Counted from the stretch's first letter, positions 49,453 through 59,517 are shown. The stretch: 64,000 nucleotides of DNA from Candidatus Omnitrophota bacterium (GCA_023247725.1 JAHFFW010000003.1:64704-128703), one strand, 5' to 3'. Notes: generated by a model not told the origin, from the letters alone. Translations and numbers: made by a program.

Positions 49453-50354
49453 TGGTTTGGAAAAAAATGGCCATCTTTTTGTTCGGCCTCCTCTTGGGAG
49501 TCGCATTCATTGGGGCTCTCGGCTCAGTGGCTTTTAAATACAGAGATAAAATCGATCTTGAGCGAATTCACAAAGTTTTTGACATCCTTCGTTCGAAATG
49601 GAGAAGCTCAAAGCTTTATAGAGAAGAATTTCGTCAACCTATTCAGGCAACCGGAGGATCAAGCTTTGGACCGCAGGGACAATTGACATTCGAATTGTAC
49701 CGTCAAGGAAAATTCCAAATCGATGGCTCTGGTTACGCCTGGCAAAAATCCGACCATTATGGAGATGTCGCGGTCATTCGTTCAACGCGTCCTCTTCCCC
49801 AAACTTATAAGATCACGATCGTTGCCGGAGCGATTGATTATGGACTGGAAAAGCTCGACGGTCTTTCGAACGACCCCCAATACCCGGAAGGGCCGGCCAA
49901 TGAGAATGGTTGTTATTTGTTGGCCATCACCGACGTCAATCCAGCGGGACATCACACCAATATCTGGTGGCATCAGCATCGCAAGCTGGTCGTGGATGTG
50001 GACAATAATGTGTGGGGCCACGGAATGCCCAACCCGATTTTTATGGTGTATTTTGATCGGGACAATAAAATGATGTCTTTTCCCGGCGAAGAGAAAACTT
50101 GGCAGCCGGATTGGCGCGCCGCCGCGCATTATGATCCCTCCCAATGGTACCGCATCGATTTGGAAAAAACCGCGGAGCGTTTTCTCTTTACCCTTTCGCA
50201 GGAAAACGGTCCGCTCCTCGCCAGAGGAGAAGCAGCCCTTAAGGACATCTGGCATGAAGACGGGAATCATTCCGATTACTTGGTCATCGGTGATCCGCAT
50301 GAAAATTATTACCAGGGGAGTTTTAAAATTAAAAGCATCGCCTTGAAACTATAG
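49452..50354 (+). CDS. Exported hypothetical protein, beta-rich (lectin/LamG-like?)
   Basis: N-terminal TM; aromatic-rich; translationally coupled within the operon. Confidence 0.55.
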   Translation: MVWKKMAIFLFGLLLGVAFIGALGSVAFKYRDKIDLERIHKVFDILRSKWRSSKLYREEFRQPIQATGGSSFGPQGQLTFELYRQGKFQIDGSGYAWQKSDHYGDVAVIRSTRPLPQTYKITIVAGAIDYGLEKLDGLSNDPQYPEGPANENGCYLLAITDVNPAGHHTNIWWHQHRKLVVDVDNNVWGHGMPNPIFMVYFDRDNKMMSFPGEEKTWQPDWRAAAHYDPSQWYRIDLEKTAERFLFTLSQENGPLLARGEAALKDIWHEDGNHSDYLVIGDPHENYYQGSFKIKSIALKL

Positions 50355-50364
50355 GTCAAGCAAA

Positions 50365-51138
50365 ATGAGTTCGGGATTACCTCCTATATTAATGTACCAT
50401 GGCATTATCGATGTTGAGAAAAACTTCCCCGAAGACCGGGAACCCGGAGCTTCTCTTTATGATTTACCGCTAGCGGTCTTTCGTCAGCATTTGGAGTTTT
50501 TGAAGAAAAACAATTTCCAAGTCAACACATGTGATTCGGATAAAAAGAAAAATGGCGGCAAGCAGGTTGTCCTGACATTTGATGACGGAGAGATGAACAA
50601 CTTCCTTCACGTGTTTCCAATGTTGCAACAATACGACTTTCCGGCTTATTTTTTTATCACGGTCGATCGGATCGGGAAAAAAGGATATATGGATTGGCCC
50701 CATCTTAAAGTGATGATTCAAAATAATCTGATCATTGGTTCGCATGGGATGCGCCATGAGATTCTGACCAAGTTGAATGAAGCGGAGTTGGTCCAAGAGT
50801 TGCGGTTGTCTCGCAAAATTTTAGAAGATCGTCTTCAAAAAAATATTTTTAGCTTCTCGGTCCCGCGGGGATTTTTCAATCTGCGAATTTTAAAACTTGC
50901 GAAGGAGGCCGGTTATTCAGAAATTTTTGTTTCCGGTTGTCCGCAGAATTTACCGGATGAATGCTGGGGCCGAATCGCCGTCAAAAGCCGCTGGGGAACA
51001 GATCGGTTAGCCATGGCGTTGGAAGGGCGTATCCCTTTGAACGAAAAAATTTTTGAGGCGGTCAAAAATACAATCCAATCCTGCATAGGGGATGAAAACT
51101 ACGATCGGTGGCGGGACAAAATATTAATGAAGTCTTGA
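50365..51138 (+). CDS. Polysaccharide deacetylase (CE4/IcaB-like)
   Basis: PILMYH, LTFDDG, IGSHGMRH, FSVPRG. Confidence 0.88.
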   Translation: MSSGLPPILMYHGIIDVEKNFPEDREPGASLYDLPLAVFRQHLEFLKKNNFQVNTCDSDKKKNGGKQVVLTFDDGEMNNFLHVFPMLQQYDFPAYFFITVDRIGKKGYMDWPHLKVMIQNNLIIGSHGMRHEILTKLNEAELVQELRLSRKILEDRLQKNIFSFSVPRGFFNLRILKLAKEAGYSEIFVSGCPQNLPDECWGRIAVKSRWGTDRLAMALEGRIPLNEKIFEAVKNTIQSCIGDENYDRWRDKILMKS

Positions 51139-51227
51139 CCCTAATTTCAATCTTGTGGATAATAAAAACACCGGAGGATGTTGTCGGGAAAAAATTCGGG
51201 CACTCTTTCCCGACGAGAAATGACGGT

Positions 51228-51256
51228 TTGACAACAAAAGAGGGCCGTGTTATACT
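51228..51256 (+). promoter_or_regulatory. sigma70 promoter upstream of riboswitch
   Basis: TTGACA-17 bp-TATACT with extended TG. Confidence 0.7.
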
Positions 51257-51299
51257 TCCAGCGTAATAAATCCCGTTCTTTTGTTCGTCAATGTTCTGA

Positions 51300-51388
51300 A
51301 GTGATAAAGGCAAACCCGGGGAAACCCGGCGACGCAAAACTACAGGGCCTAAACCCTCGTTTATCGAGGCAAAGGTAGCCAGTTGCCA
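51300..51388 (+). ncRNA. c-di-GMP-I (GEMM-I) riboswitch
   Basis: AAAGGCAAAC-CCGGG GAAA CCCGG-CGACGCAAAACTACAGGGCCTAA...GGTAGCCAGTTGCC. G at the G20-equivalent position favours c-di-GMP over c-AMP-GMP. Confidence 0.88.
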
Positions 51389-51429
51389 AAACAGAGAATA
51401 TTCAACCCGTCTTTATTTAACCTTCTATG

Positions 51430-51477
51430 CCTATTCTTTGGTGTTTTGCGTGTGCCCGAGAATAGGGTTTTTATTTT
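51430..51477 (+). terminator. Riboswitch expression-platform terminator
   Basis: CCTATTCT...AGAATAGG followed by GTTTTTATTTT; competing AGAGAATA at 51393. Confidence 0.65.
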
Positions 51478-51535
51478 CTGGTCAGATCATGTCCGTATGC
51501 TACTTTGGGTAACACAAGAGGGAAAGGAGTCAGGA

Positions 51536-53827
51536 ATGTCAGCTAATGAGTTAAGCAAAAGAGTTTTGCCCCTCGGTCTTATGTTTTTGTTCATGATGCC
51601 CTTGGCCTTACAGGCGTCGACATATTATGTCCGTCCGGATGGTGGCTCGGCAAGCCAGTGCACGGGGTTAAGCGATGCCCCTTATCCTGGTTCTGGCAAT
51701 AACCAAGCCTGTGCTTTTAATCATCCCTATTGGGCGCTGGCACCGCTGGGAAACAATCCGACTAAATTCGTCGGAGGAGACACACTGATCATTGATGGTT
51801 CTAATGGCGCCCAGTATATGATGGGATATGGAGCCCCGAATTCTGGCGACACCTCCATCTGTTATGCCAACTGGCCCTGGGATTGTTTCATGCGGCCGAT
51901 TCCTTCCGGACCCCGTCCCGACCAGCCGACGCGAATTCTGGGCAAGGGTTGGAATAACGGTTGCGCCAATCCGCCGCAATTGTGGGGCAATGAACGACCC
52001 AACACCATCATCAACTTAAATGGAAGCAGTAATGTCGAGGTGCAGTGTCTGGAAGTGACCGATCATTCCTCCTGCCAACTGGGAGGCCCAAGTCCTTGTA
52101 ATCGGGACAATCCTCCTTTCGGGCCTTGGGCGGTCACTGGCATTTCCGCATCCGATAGTTCGAATGTCTTACTAAAGAATCTCAATATCCATGGCTTGTA
52201 CCGCGGCCTTCACGCCGGCCGCTTGAAGGACTGGACTTTGGAAGACGTGAAGATTGTCGCGAATTCATTCGTTGGTTGGGATGGGGATATCGGCGCGTAC
52301 AATTCTTCCAATTCCGGGACGTTGAGTTTCAACCGGGTTAAAATCCTTTATAACGGTTGCGGGGAAACTTATCCGGATCGAAAGCCCTATAATTGTTACA
52401 GCCAGGACCAAGGCGGATATGGGGACGGATTGGGTACGCACCAGACCGGCGGCTACTGGATTTTTAATAATGTGGACTTCAGCCATAATGTTTCCGACGG
52501 ATTGGACCTTTTGTATCACAACGGCAATGGATCTATCACCATCAAGCGTTCTCGATTTGAAGGCAATGCCGGTAATCAGGTGAAGGTCAATGCCAATACC
52601 CTGATCGAAAATTCCTTGCTCGTAGGAAATTGTGGATACTTTAAAACGCAACCCTTCACCTATAATCCCAGCACGTTCAATAATTGTCGTGCTGCTGGCA
52701 GCACATTGGCTGCAGGGTTCGCAGCTGGCCGAACCATTGAAATCCGTAATTCGACGATCACGAGCAACGGCGATGTCGTGATCATGTCCTCCGGCGATGG
52801 TTGTAATGGAACCGAGGTCTTAAGGTCCAGGAATAATATCTTTTTGGGAGGAACGGAGTTTAATGACGGCTACGATCTTTCCGCTCTCTATTATGCGTCT
52901 GGCCGAACCGGTAATGGCGACGGGACTTGCGGCTCCGTGCCGTTTGATGACGATTATTCCGTGATTTGGAATACGAAGGGGAATAGCGCGGTCTGTTCCG
53001 GAAAACCTCATTCAAAATGTCTAGATCCGAAGCTCATCGGGCCGATTGTTCAATATTTCACTGGCGATACGTACAATCTTAATCTTTTATCGGATAGTCC
53101 AGCGAAAGATATTGCCTTGGTCATTGCGGGAATGTCGAGCCTTGATTACAACAGTTTTGATCGCGGATCGGTTTGGGATTCGGGTGCGTTCGAGTATGGA
53201 TCCGTTCCATCCGTGCCATCAGGAGGCGGGTCGAATCTGCTGCCGGTTTGTGGCAATGGAAAATTGGAGAGTCCTGAGCAATGCGATGACGGTAATCTCA
53301 ATAATGGTGACGGCTGCAATAACCTCTGTGTCAAAGAAATCGCTCTGACCCCGGTCTGCGGTAATGGGAAACTGGAAGGAACCGAGCAGTGCGATGATGG
53401 GAACCTCAATAATGGAGATGGCTGCAGCAGCGTTTGCGTTAAGGAAGCGCCAGTCTCGGTTTGCGGAAACGGAAAATTGGAAAGCGGCGAGCAATGCGAT
53501 GACGGTAATCTCGTTTCCGAGGATGGATGCAGCGCCAGCTGCCAAAAGGAACCTCCTCGGACGCCGGTCTGTGGTAACCGTGTCGTTGAACCCGGTGAAA
53601 CGTGTGATGATGGCAATACCATCGATGAAGATGGATGCAGCAGTCGTTGCCAAATCGAACCTCCCACAACCAAATTTGTTTGCGGTAACGGGAAAAGAGA
53701 GGGTTCGGAACAATGCGATGATGGGAATTTGAGAGATGGCGATGGGTGCAGCCACAGTTGCACAATTGAATATAAGTCTCCTCCTAGAAAACAACCGGTC
53801 ATAAAAAAGCGAGTCATTCGAAGGTAA
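51536..53827 (+). CDS. Secreted beta-helix-like protein with five Myxococcus-type Cys-rich repeats
   Basis: AAGGAG + ATG 51536; signal peptide LQA|STYYVRPDGG; 5x CGNGxxExxExCDDGNxxxxDGCxxxC; basic tail. Confidence 0.8.
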   Translation: MSANELSKRVLPLGLMFLFMMPLALQASTYYVRPDGGSASQCTGLSDAPYPGSGNNQACAFNHPYWALAPLGNNPTKFVGGDTLIIDGSNGAQYMMGYGAPNSGDTSICYANWPWDCFMRPIPSGPRPDQPTRILGKGWNNGCANPPQLWGNERPNTIINLNGSSNVEVQCLEVTDHSSCQLGGPSPCNRDNPPFGPWAVTGISASDSSNVLLKNLNIHGLYRGLHAGRLKDWTLEDVKIVANSFVGWDGDIGAYNSSNSGTLSFNRVKILYNGCGETYPDRKPYNCYSQDQGGYGDGLGTHQTGGYWIFNNVDFSHNVSDGLDLLYHNGNGSITIKRSRFEGNAGNQVKVNANTLIENSLLVGNCGYFKTQPFTYNPSTFNNCRAAGSTLAAGFAAGRTIEIRNSTITSNGDVVIMSSGDGCNGTEVLRSRNNIFLGGTEFNDGYDLSALYYASGRTGNGDGTCGSVPFDDDYSVIWNTKGNSAVCSGKPHSKCLDPKLIGPIVQYFTGDTYNLNLLSDSPAKDIALVIAGMSSLDYNSFDRGSVWDSGAFEYGSVPSVPSGGGSNLLPVCGNGKLESPEQCDDGNLNNGDGCNNLCVKEIALTPVCGNGKLEGTEQCDDGNLNNGDGCSSVCVKEAPVSVCGNGKLESGEQCDDGNLVSEDGCSASCQKEPPRTPVCGNRVVEPGETCDDGNTIDEDGCSSRCQIEPPTTKFVCGNGKREGSEQCDDGNLRDGDGCSHSCTIEYKSPPRKQPVIKKRVIRR
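53243..53770 (+). repeat. Five coding Cys-rich tandem repeats (~105 bp)
   Basis: TGYGGNAAYGGNAAA...CARTGCGATGAYGGNAAY repeated. Confidence 0.8.
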
Positions 53828-53838
53828 GAATGACGAAA

Positions 53839-53874
53839 GATGCCGGGAAGGGCCCCCAGACCTTTCCCGGCGTC
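53839..53874 (+). terminator. GC-rich hairpin after Cys-rich gene
   Basis: GATGCCGGGAAGG/CCTTTCCCGGCGTC; no T-tract. Confidence 0.4.
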
Positions 53875-54017
53875 AACCCTTGAATCAAATCCCTAGACCT
53901 TTTTGACCAAAATCAATCGAATTATGGCTTGACAAGCTCTTCCAGCCTGCTAATAATCGTTCTTGCCCGGCTTCCTCCAAGAATTCACGTTGCACCAAGT
54001 AACTTCTTTTATCCTCA

Positions 54018-54404
54018 ATGAAGAGAATGAAAACCGCCAAGGGTCTCACGCTGGTTGAGTTGCTCATTGCCGTGTTTCTGCTTTCTGTCGGTATCGCCAG
54101 CACCCTCATGTTTTTTTCGAATGCCATGCTCTCGGCGGATTTTGCCGGGGACATCAGCGTCGCTTCGACCCATGCCGAACATGTTCTTGAAGAGATGAAG
54201 TCTCGTCGGAGCCTAGAAGAGATCCAGGGCACCAATTGGCAAGAATGGGCCTTGCAACAGGATTTCAATATGCTGCCGAATGAAAGGGTGGAGGTCAACT
54301 TCGGCAATATTGAAGGTGCCCTTATGGATGTTACAGCCCAAATCCATTGGATCAAACGGGCCCGCGATAATCAGGTTTCTTTTATGACGACCTTATCCCG
54401 ATGA
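54018..54404 (+). CDS. Minor pilin (PilV-like)
   Basis: KG|LTLVELLIAVFLLSVG. Confidence 0.8.
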   Translation: MKRMKTAKGLTLVELLIAVFLLSVGIASTLMFFSNAMLSADFAGDISVASTHAEHVLEEMKSRRSLEEIQGTNWQEWALQQDFNMLPNERVEVNFGNIEGALMDVTAQIHWIKRARDNQVSFMTTLSR

Positions 54405-54883
54405 AGATACAAAAGCGGAAGGCTTTCACCTTACTGGAAATTTTGGTGACGGTCGCCCTGTTCACCTTTTTGGTGGCAGCGGTCTATCAGGCTTTTTTGG
54501 TAGGAAATCGATCCTGGACTAGTTATAACTACAGGGTCTCCATGCAAAGAGAATTGCGCTGGACCCTTTATGCATTGGTCAAGGATCTGCGAGAAGCCAA
54601 GGAAATTTTGGTGACTCAAGATGATACGAAGAGCGTTTTGAGCTTTAATAAACCAGGATCTGGCATCATCATTTACACCTGGTTCAAAGCGGGTGATCGG
54701 GCACAGCATTTGCTCCGGCAAGAAGAATCCAAAGAACGAACGATTGCCCAGCATGTTTCAAATCTGGAATTTATTCAGCCTTCCACCAAAGAAATTTTCG
54801 TTGATATCACGGTCACAGAGAGACCATTATTCGCCGCGCCATTGAGCTTGAATTTGAAACAAAAAGTCAAGGTCCGAATATAA
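54401..54883 (+). CDS. Minor pilin (PilW-like)
   Basis: KA|FTLLEILVTVALF; KDLREA. Confidence 0.8.
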   Translation: MKIQKRKAFTLLEILVTVALFTFLVAAVYQAFLVGNRSWTSYNYRVSMQRELRWTLYALVKDLREAKEILVTQDDTKSVLSFNKPGSGIIIYTWFKAGDRAQHLLRQEESKERTIAQHVSNLEFIQPSTKEIFVDITVTERPLFAAPLSLNLKQKVKVRI

Positions 54884-54897
54884 ATTTATAAAAGTCC

Positions 54898-56037
54898 ATG
54901 GGCCACAGAATTTCAAACAATAGGGGAGCTGCCCTCATCCTGGCCTATATTGTCATGGCTGCTTTAGTGACTCTTTCCGCCGGGTTTGCCCTTTCCACAT
55001 TCAATGAACTCAACGATGCCCGTCGATACCGGGATTCGTTGGCTGCCTTTTGGCTGGCGGAATCGGCCCTGGCGTCTTTTCTGCAAAATACCTCCATGCT
55101 GGATAAATCCGGAGCCATGAATATGACTTACCCTCAGGGCAGCGTGGTTTTACAAAAAGATGATTCTTATCCCACGAAAAGGTTGGTCACCGCGACGGGC
55201 AACGTGGGTGGGACCAAACGCAGTTTGCAGTTGGAGTTTCCCGCGTTAGCGCCGGAGGTATTCAATAATACGGTTTCGGTCAAAGGGGATATTCTTATTT
55301 CTGGGAAAAAATCCAATCTTGCGTTTAACGACAAAACCCGGATCAGCGGCCAGGTCGCCAAGAGCTCGCAGTTTTCTACGGTTAATTTTGAAGACCTCAA
55401 AGAAAAAACCGATTCGCATCTGGTTTCCATGCTGTATCCCGACGCAAATAATAATGGAGTCGTGGACGAATTTGAGGATTTTGTTCAGGTGAATCGAAAT
55501 TTGGTCACGACCTACCCGAAGGAGGAAGTCATTTATGTCAAGGGCAACGATACTTATACGGTTGTTCCCAGCAGTGCCTTGAAGGGCAAAAAGATTATTT
55601 TCGTGGAAGGAAGCCGCAGCGGCAAAGGCAATGTGATCATTCAATATATGGATGGCTGGCAAGATGACGAAAATTTAACCATCATCGCGACCGGCAATGT
55701 CACCTTCAATCAGCTGGGGATGGGCCAAACCAATTCGCAGCTTAATGTCATTGCCTGGGGCGGTTATTCGGAAACTGCCGCTTTGCCGGGAACTCGTCGA
55801 GGCATGATCTATACGCATGGAATCGCGAGTTTTGATGCCATTGATGAAACCTCGATCACTTACGGCAGTGTCGTGGCCAATGAAGGCTTAAAAATCAAAG
55901 AAATCTGGTCATATAAATCCTTTTACTATGCGGATACTCGCATCAATGGAGTTGTGCCTCCAGGTTTTGAAGGTCTTATCGGTGGAAGACTTTCGAGTGG
56001 GTATGCCGTCAAACCTAATGCATGGCGGGAAATTTAG
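54898..56037 (+). CDS. PilX/GspK-like minor pilin with large C-terminal domain
   Basis: NRG|AALILAY (no E5), AFWLAESA, VTATGNVG, C-terminal WREI. Confidence 0.75.
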   Translation: MGHRISNNRGAALILAYIVMAALVTLSAGFALSTFNELNDARRYRDSLAAFWLAESALASFLQNTSMLDKSGAMNMTYPQGSVVLQKDDSYPTKRLVTATGNVGGTKRSLQLEFPALAPEVFNNTVSVKGDILISGKKSNLAFNDKTRISGQVAKSSQFSTVNFEDLKEKTDSHLVSMLYPDANNNGVVDEFEDFVQVNRNLVTTYPKEEVIYVKGNDTYTVVPSSALKGKKIIFVEGSRSGKGNVIIQYMDGWQDDENLTIIATGNVTFNQLGMGQTNSQLNVIAWGGYSETAALPGTRRGMIYTHGIASFDAIDETSITYGSVVANEGLKIKEIWSYKSFYYADTRINGVVPPGFEGLIGGRLSSGYAVKPNAWREI

Positions 56038-56038
56038 A

Positions 56039-56611
56039 ATGAGCCACAGAATTTATCTTGTGATTGGAATTGGGATTACGATTTTTGTGATTTTTTCCGC
56101 AATCGTTAACCGTTCCATCAATAAAACTTTTCGCGGACCGGAGATTGCACAACCAAAGGCACAAAAAACATCACCATCACCACCGCCGGAAAAAAAGTCA
56201 AAGCTTCCCGAACCTTTGGTTGTGCCGCCAAAGTCGGTTGGCCGACATACCTTGGACCCCGATGATCCTGCGCGGTTCGGAATTCTTGTGCAAAAAGAAG
56301 GGCAGGTCAAAACCCAGTCTCAATGGGACATCGATATGGATCGGGTTTTGATCCGTTCCCAAGTCCCAATACAGAAAGCGCCGGCCTTTGCTCAAACCAA
56401 AGTAACCGCAAAGGAATTTCAAAAAAAAATGCAACTCGTCAATGAACGGATTACACAATGCGAACGCCTCGCGGCTAACGATCCCAGCAATGAAGAAGCT
56501 AGGCAAAAACTACAGACCTTTTACATGCTCAAGTCGACACTGGCCTCTTTGGAACATGCGATTGTTATCCCCGAATCCTCCAATTCCGGTTTAGAAAATT
56601 CGCCGAAGTGA
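56039..56611 (+). CDS. Single-TM hypothetical protein with Pro-rich linker
   Basis: ATG 56039; N-terminal TM; SPSPPP linker. Confidence 0.6.
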   Translation: MSHRIYLVIGIGITIFVIFSAIVNRSINKTFRGPEIAQPKAQKTSPSPPPEKKSKLPEPLVVPPKSVGRHTLDPDDPARFGILVQKEGQVKTQSQWDIDMDRVLIRSQVPIQKAPAFAQTKVTAKEFQKKMQLVNERITQCERLAANDPSNEEARQKLQTFYMLKSTLASLEHAIVIPESSNSGLENSPK

Positions 56612-56809
56612 TTTGGCCTTTCTAAATTTTGCGAAATTTCACAAATATTTGTTTTGAAAAAACTTCCGCCAGATATGATAATTCCCCTGTTCGTTAAATT
56701 ATTCCATTCTTGTTGGGGCCATTAACGCTGGCCAGGAACTCTCGATCATGATAGTGGATGATCCGCAAGCAGAGGGTTTTTAAAAGTAAAATTGAGGCCA
56801 GGATGGGCC

Positions 56810-57964
56810 ATGGCAAAATTTCTTTTTTGGTATTTTTTATTTTTAATCGGATATTGCTATTTTGGTTATCCGATCATACTGAGCCTCCTTGCTCGTCTAC
56901 GACCGAGACCGATTAAGAAGGCGCCTATGTTTCCTTTTGTTAGTATCATTATTTCCGTCTGCAATGAAGCGGAGGTGATTGAAAAAAAACTAAAGAATCT
57001 TCTGGCTTCGGATTACCCGGCGGAACAAATGGAAATACTGGTCGGTTCCGATGGGTGCGTGGATCAAACAGTCCAAATCATAAAGGAATTTTCTGATTAT
57101 AGGATAAGGCTCTTTGAATTCCCCTCCCGCCGGGGAAAATCGAGTGTTTTAAATGATCTTGTCCCGCAGGCTAAAGGTGAGATCCTGATCTTCACCGATG
57201 CTAGGCAAATCTTTGCTAAGAATGGCATAGAGGCTTTAGTCCAAAATTTTGCCGATCCGAAGGTCGGCTGCGCCAGTGGAGAATTGATTCTGGGCCAAAG
57301 TCAGGCATCGACTGGCAAGGGCATTCACTTGTATTGGAATTATGAAAAATTTTTACGCCGCGCCGAAAGCCAAATCCATTCGATGATCGGAGCGACCGGC
57401 GCCATTTATGCAATCCGCAAAGAACTGTACACCCCACTGCCGCCCGATGTCGTGCTTGATGACGTGTATATCCCGTTGAGGGTGGTGGAACGCGGTTTCC
57501 GGTGCATTTTTGACAACGAGGCTAGGGCCTACGATCAGGTTGCAGAAAACCCGTCGCAGGAGCATGCCCGCAAAGCGCGGACCCTGTATGGGAATTACCA
57601 GATCTTTACCCTCTTTTCCGATATGTTCAATCCGGCCAAAAGTTATTTGGCTTTTCAGCTTTTCTCTCATAAATTTTTGCGCGTTATGGTGCCTTTTTTA
57701 CTGGTGGGATTATTCGCGGTCAATATCCCTCTTATGTTTGAACCATTCTACCGGGTGATATTTTTTTCGCAGGTCATATTTTATGGGCTGGCTTTTTTAG
57801 GGTACCAGTTAAGAAATTCAAAATGGATTATCCCTGAGCCTATTTCCCGACTGACATACATTCCATATGTTTTTTGCCTGTTGAATTATTCGGCATTGGT
57901 AGGATTTGTTCGATTTGTGACTTCCGGGCAAAGCGTGGCTTGGGAAAAGGCCGGGGATGTCTAA
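56810..57964 (+). CDS. Membrane GT2 (PgaC/IcaA-like)
   Basis: VGSDG, GKSSVLN, FTDARQ, GATGAIYAIR, LDDVYIP, RKART. Confidence 0.85.
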   Translation: MAKFLFWYFLFLIGYCYFGYPIILSLLARLRPRPIKKAPMFPFVSIIISVCNEAEVIEKKLKNLLASDYPAEQMEILVGSDGCVDQTVQIIKEFSDYRIRLFEFPSRRGKSSVLNDLVPQAKGEILIFTDARQIFAKNGIEALVQNFADPKVGCASGELILGQSQASTGKGIHLYWNYEKFLRRAESQIHSMIGATGAIYAIRKELYTPLPPDVVLDDVYIPLRVVERGFRCIFDNEARAYDQVAENPSQEHARKARTLYGNYQIFTLFSDMFNPAKSYLAFQLFSHKFLRVMVPFLLVGLFAVNIPLMFEPFYRVIFFSQVIFYGLAFLGYQLRNSKWIIPEPISRLTYIPYVFCLLNYSALVGFVRFVTSGQSVAWEKAGDV

Positions 57965-58805
57965 GGCTCTTAAAGATTTTATGCAAAAAATCATCAAAAT
58001 TTATTCTCGCGAGTTGATTGTGGCCGTGGTGTTTTTGCTGGCCTATGCGCCCATATTCGTTTGGATGTGGAACCGCTGGTTTGCCCCGGATTCCTATTAC
58101 AGCCACGGGATTCTTGTCCCTTTTGTGACCGGCTATCTCATTTGGCTAAATAGAGACACCTTAAAAAATGTGGAAAAGCGACAAGGTGAAATGGTGGGCA
58201 TGGTTATGCTCGCCTTCGGGATCTTTGCCCTGATCTTAAGTTCGTTTTTACGGAGCTATCCGGCGGGGGCACTCACGATGATTGTGGTGTTGGCGGGTCT
58301 TATCATTACGTTTTTTGGCACTCGCGTCATGAAGACGATCGCCTTCCCGATTGCCTTTTTATTTTTCATGATTCCTTTGCCTGAGTATATGATTACGAAG
58401 ATCAGTTTTAATATGAAAATTTTTGCCGCTCAAATCGCTACCGATATCCTTAATAATCATTTGCGTATTCCGGCCTTGCGCGAAGGAAGTCTGATTAAAA
58501 TGAGAAGCGCTTATGTGATGGTCGATGATGTGTGCAGTGGTTTGCGTTCGCTGATTTCGTTATCAGCGCTGGGAAGTGTTTTTGCTTACTGGATGAAACG
58601 GCCTATGTACAAGCGGATCCTACTTTTTCTTCTCACCATTCCCATTGCGATCATCACGAATGTCGTTCGTGTCATCCTTTTGGCCACGATCAGTGAAGTT
58701 TGGGGACCGCAATTTGCAACCGGCTTGACTCACGATATTTCGGGTTTTTTGATGTTCGCCTTGGCTTTTGTTTTATTATACGCAACCGCGAAAGTGATTG
58801 AATGA
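57957..58805 (+). CDS. Exosortase (EpsH/Xrt family)
   Basis: YSHGILVP, MIPLP; catalytic triad VCSGLRS, NVVRV, THD. Confidence 0.92.
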   Translation: MSKALKDFMQKIIKIYSRELIVAVVFLLAYAPIFVWMWNRWFAPDSYYSHGILVPFVTGYLIWLNRDTLKNVEKRQGEMVGMVMLAFGIFALILSSFLRSYPAGALTMIVVLAGLIITFFGTRVMKTIAFPIAFLFFMIPLPEYMITKISFNMKIFAAQIATDILNNHLRIPALREGSLIKMRSAYVMVDDVCSGLRSLISLSALGSVFAYWMKRPMYKRILLFLLTIPIAIITNVVRVILLATISEVWGPQFATGLTHDISGFLMFALAFVLLYATAKVIE

Positions 58806-59443
58806 GATTAAATCAAAACCAGACATTTTGGGGGACAATTTTTTTTCTTGGTTTGGCCGGAATTATTTCTTGGATATTTTATTACCGAGAATTTACTCAA
58901 AAAGATACCATCGATATCCACAATTTTCCGAAGACAATTGGTGAATGGAAAGGGGAGGACCTGCCAATTTCAGAATACGAATACGGTATTTTAGAAACGC
59001 GCAACGTCCTCGCCCGAAAATATATTCATCCCGATCAACGGATTGTCTATCTTTTGCTCGTCTATTCGCAACATAATCGGAAAGTGACGCATCCTCCAGA
59101 AATCTGCTACACCGGAGGAGGGATTTCCATTCTCGAAAATGTCACTACTCCTATTGAACCCCTACACTTCACTGAAAAGATTATGGCAAACCGGCTTTTA
59201 TTGGAATACAAAGGGGCAAGGCAATATGCGTTTTACTGGTTCAAAGTTGGATCTTCCTACACGCCCAGTTACTGGAAACAGCAAATCCTCATTGTTTCTA
59301 ATATTCTAGAGGGGCGCTCCCGCGGTTGTGCCCTGATTCGCGTCTCCAGCGATATCCTTGACAAAAATACCGACATCGCTACAAGAAATGTAACAGAGTT
59401 TACCAATCTTCTTTTACCCTTGCTCTCTACCTACCTGCCTTAA
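58802..59443 (+). CDS. epsI: Exosortase-associated EpsI protein
   Basis: FPKTIGEWKG, HPPEICYTGGG, YWF, ALIRVS; ATGA-coupled to exosortase. Confidence 0.85.
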   Translation: MRLNQNQTFWGTIFFLGLAGIISWIFYYREFTQKDTIDIHNFPKTIGEWKGEDLPISEYEYGILETRNVLARKYIHPDQRIVYLLLVYSQHNRKVTHPPEICYTGGGISILENVTTPIEPLHFTEKIMANRLLLEYKGARQYAFYWFKVGSSYTPSYWKQQILIVSNILEGRSRGCALIRVSSDILDKNTDIATRNVTEFTNLLLPLLSTYLP

Positions 59444-59517
59444 CCATTTCCAATTCAACATCCTCGTCTCCTAATTTCCAAAAAAGTTACCTGCCTCTCT
59501 TTGTATATAAAATAAAC

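Noticed and set aside
51383-51535. Longer N-terminus of the Cys-rich protein
   Set aside because: Runs through the riboswitch platform; ATG 51536 has an RBS and a proper signal peptide.
53243-53770. Regularly spaced repeats as a CRISPR array
   Set aside because: Repeats are degenerate at third codon positions and encode Cys-rich protein repeats; no cas genes.
53146-53817. 223-aa and 191-aa antisense ORFs
   Set aside because: Shadow frames of the repetitive coding strand; no recognisable motifs.
56628-56645. Rex-like operator TTTGCGAAATTTCACAAA (similar at 62254)
   Set aside because: Half-site spacing is 2 rather than 4, in AT-rich context; insufficient support.
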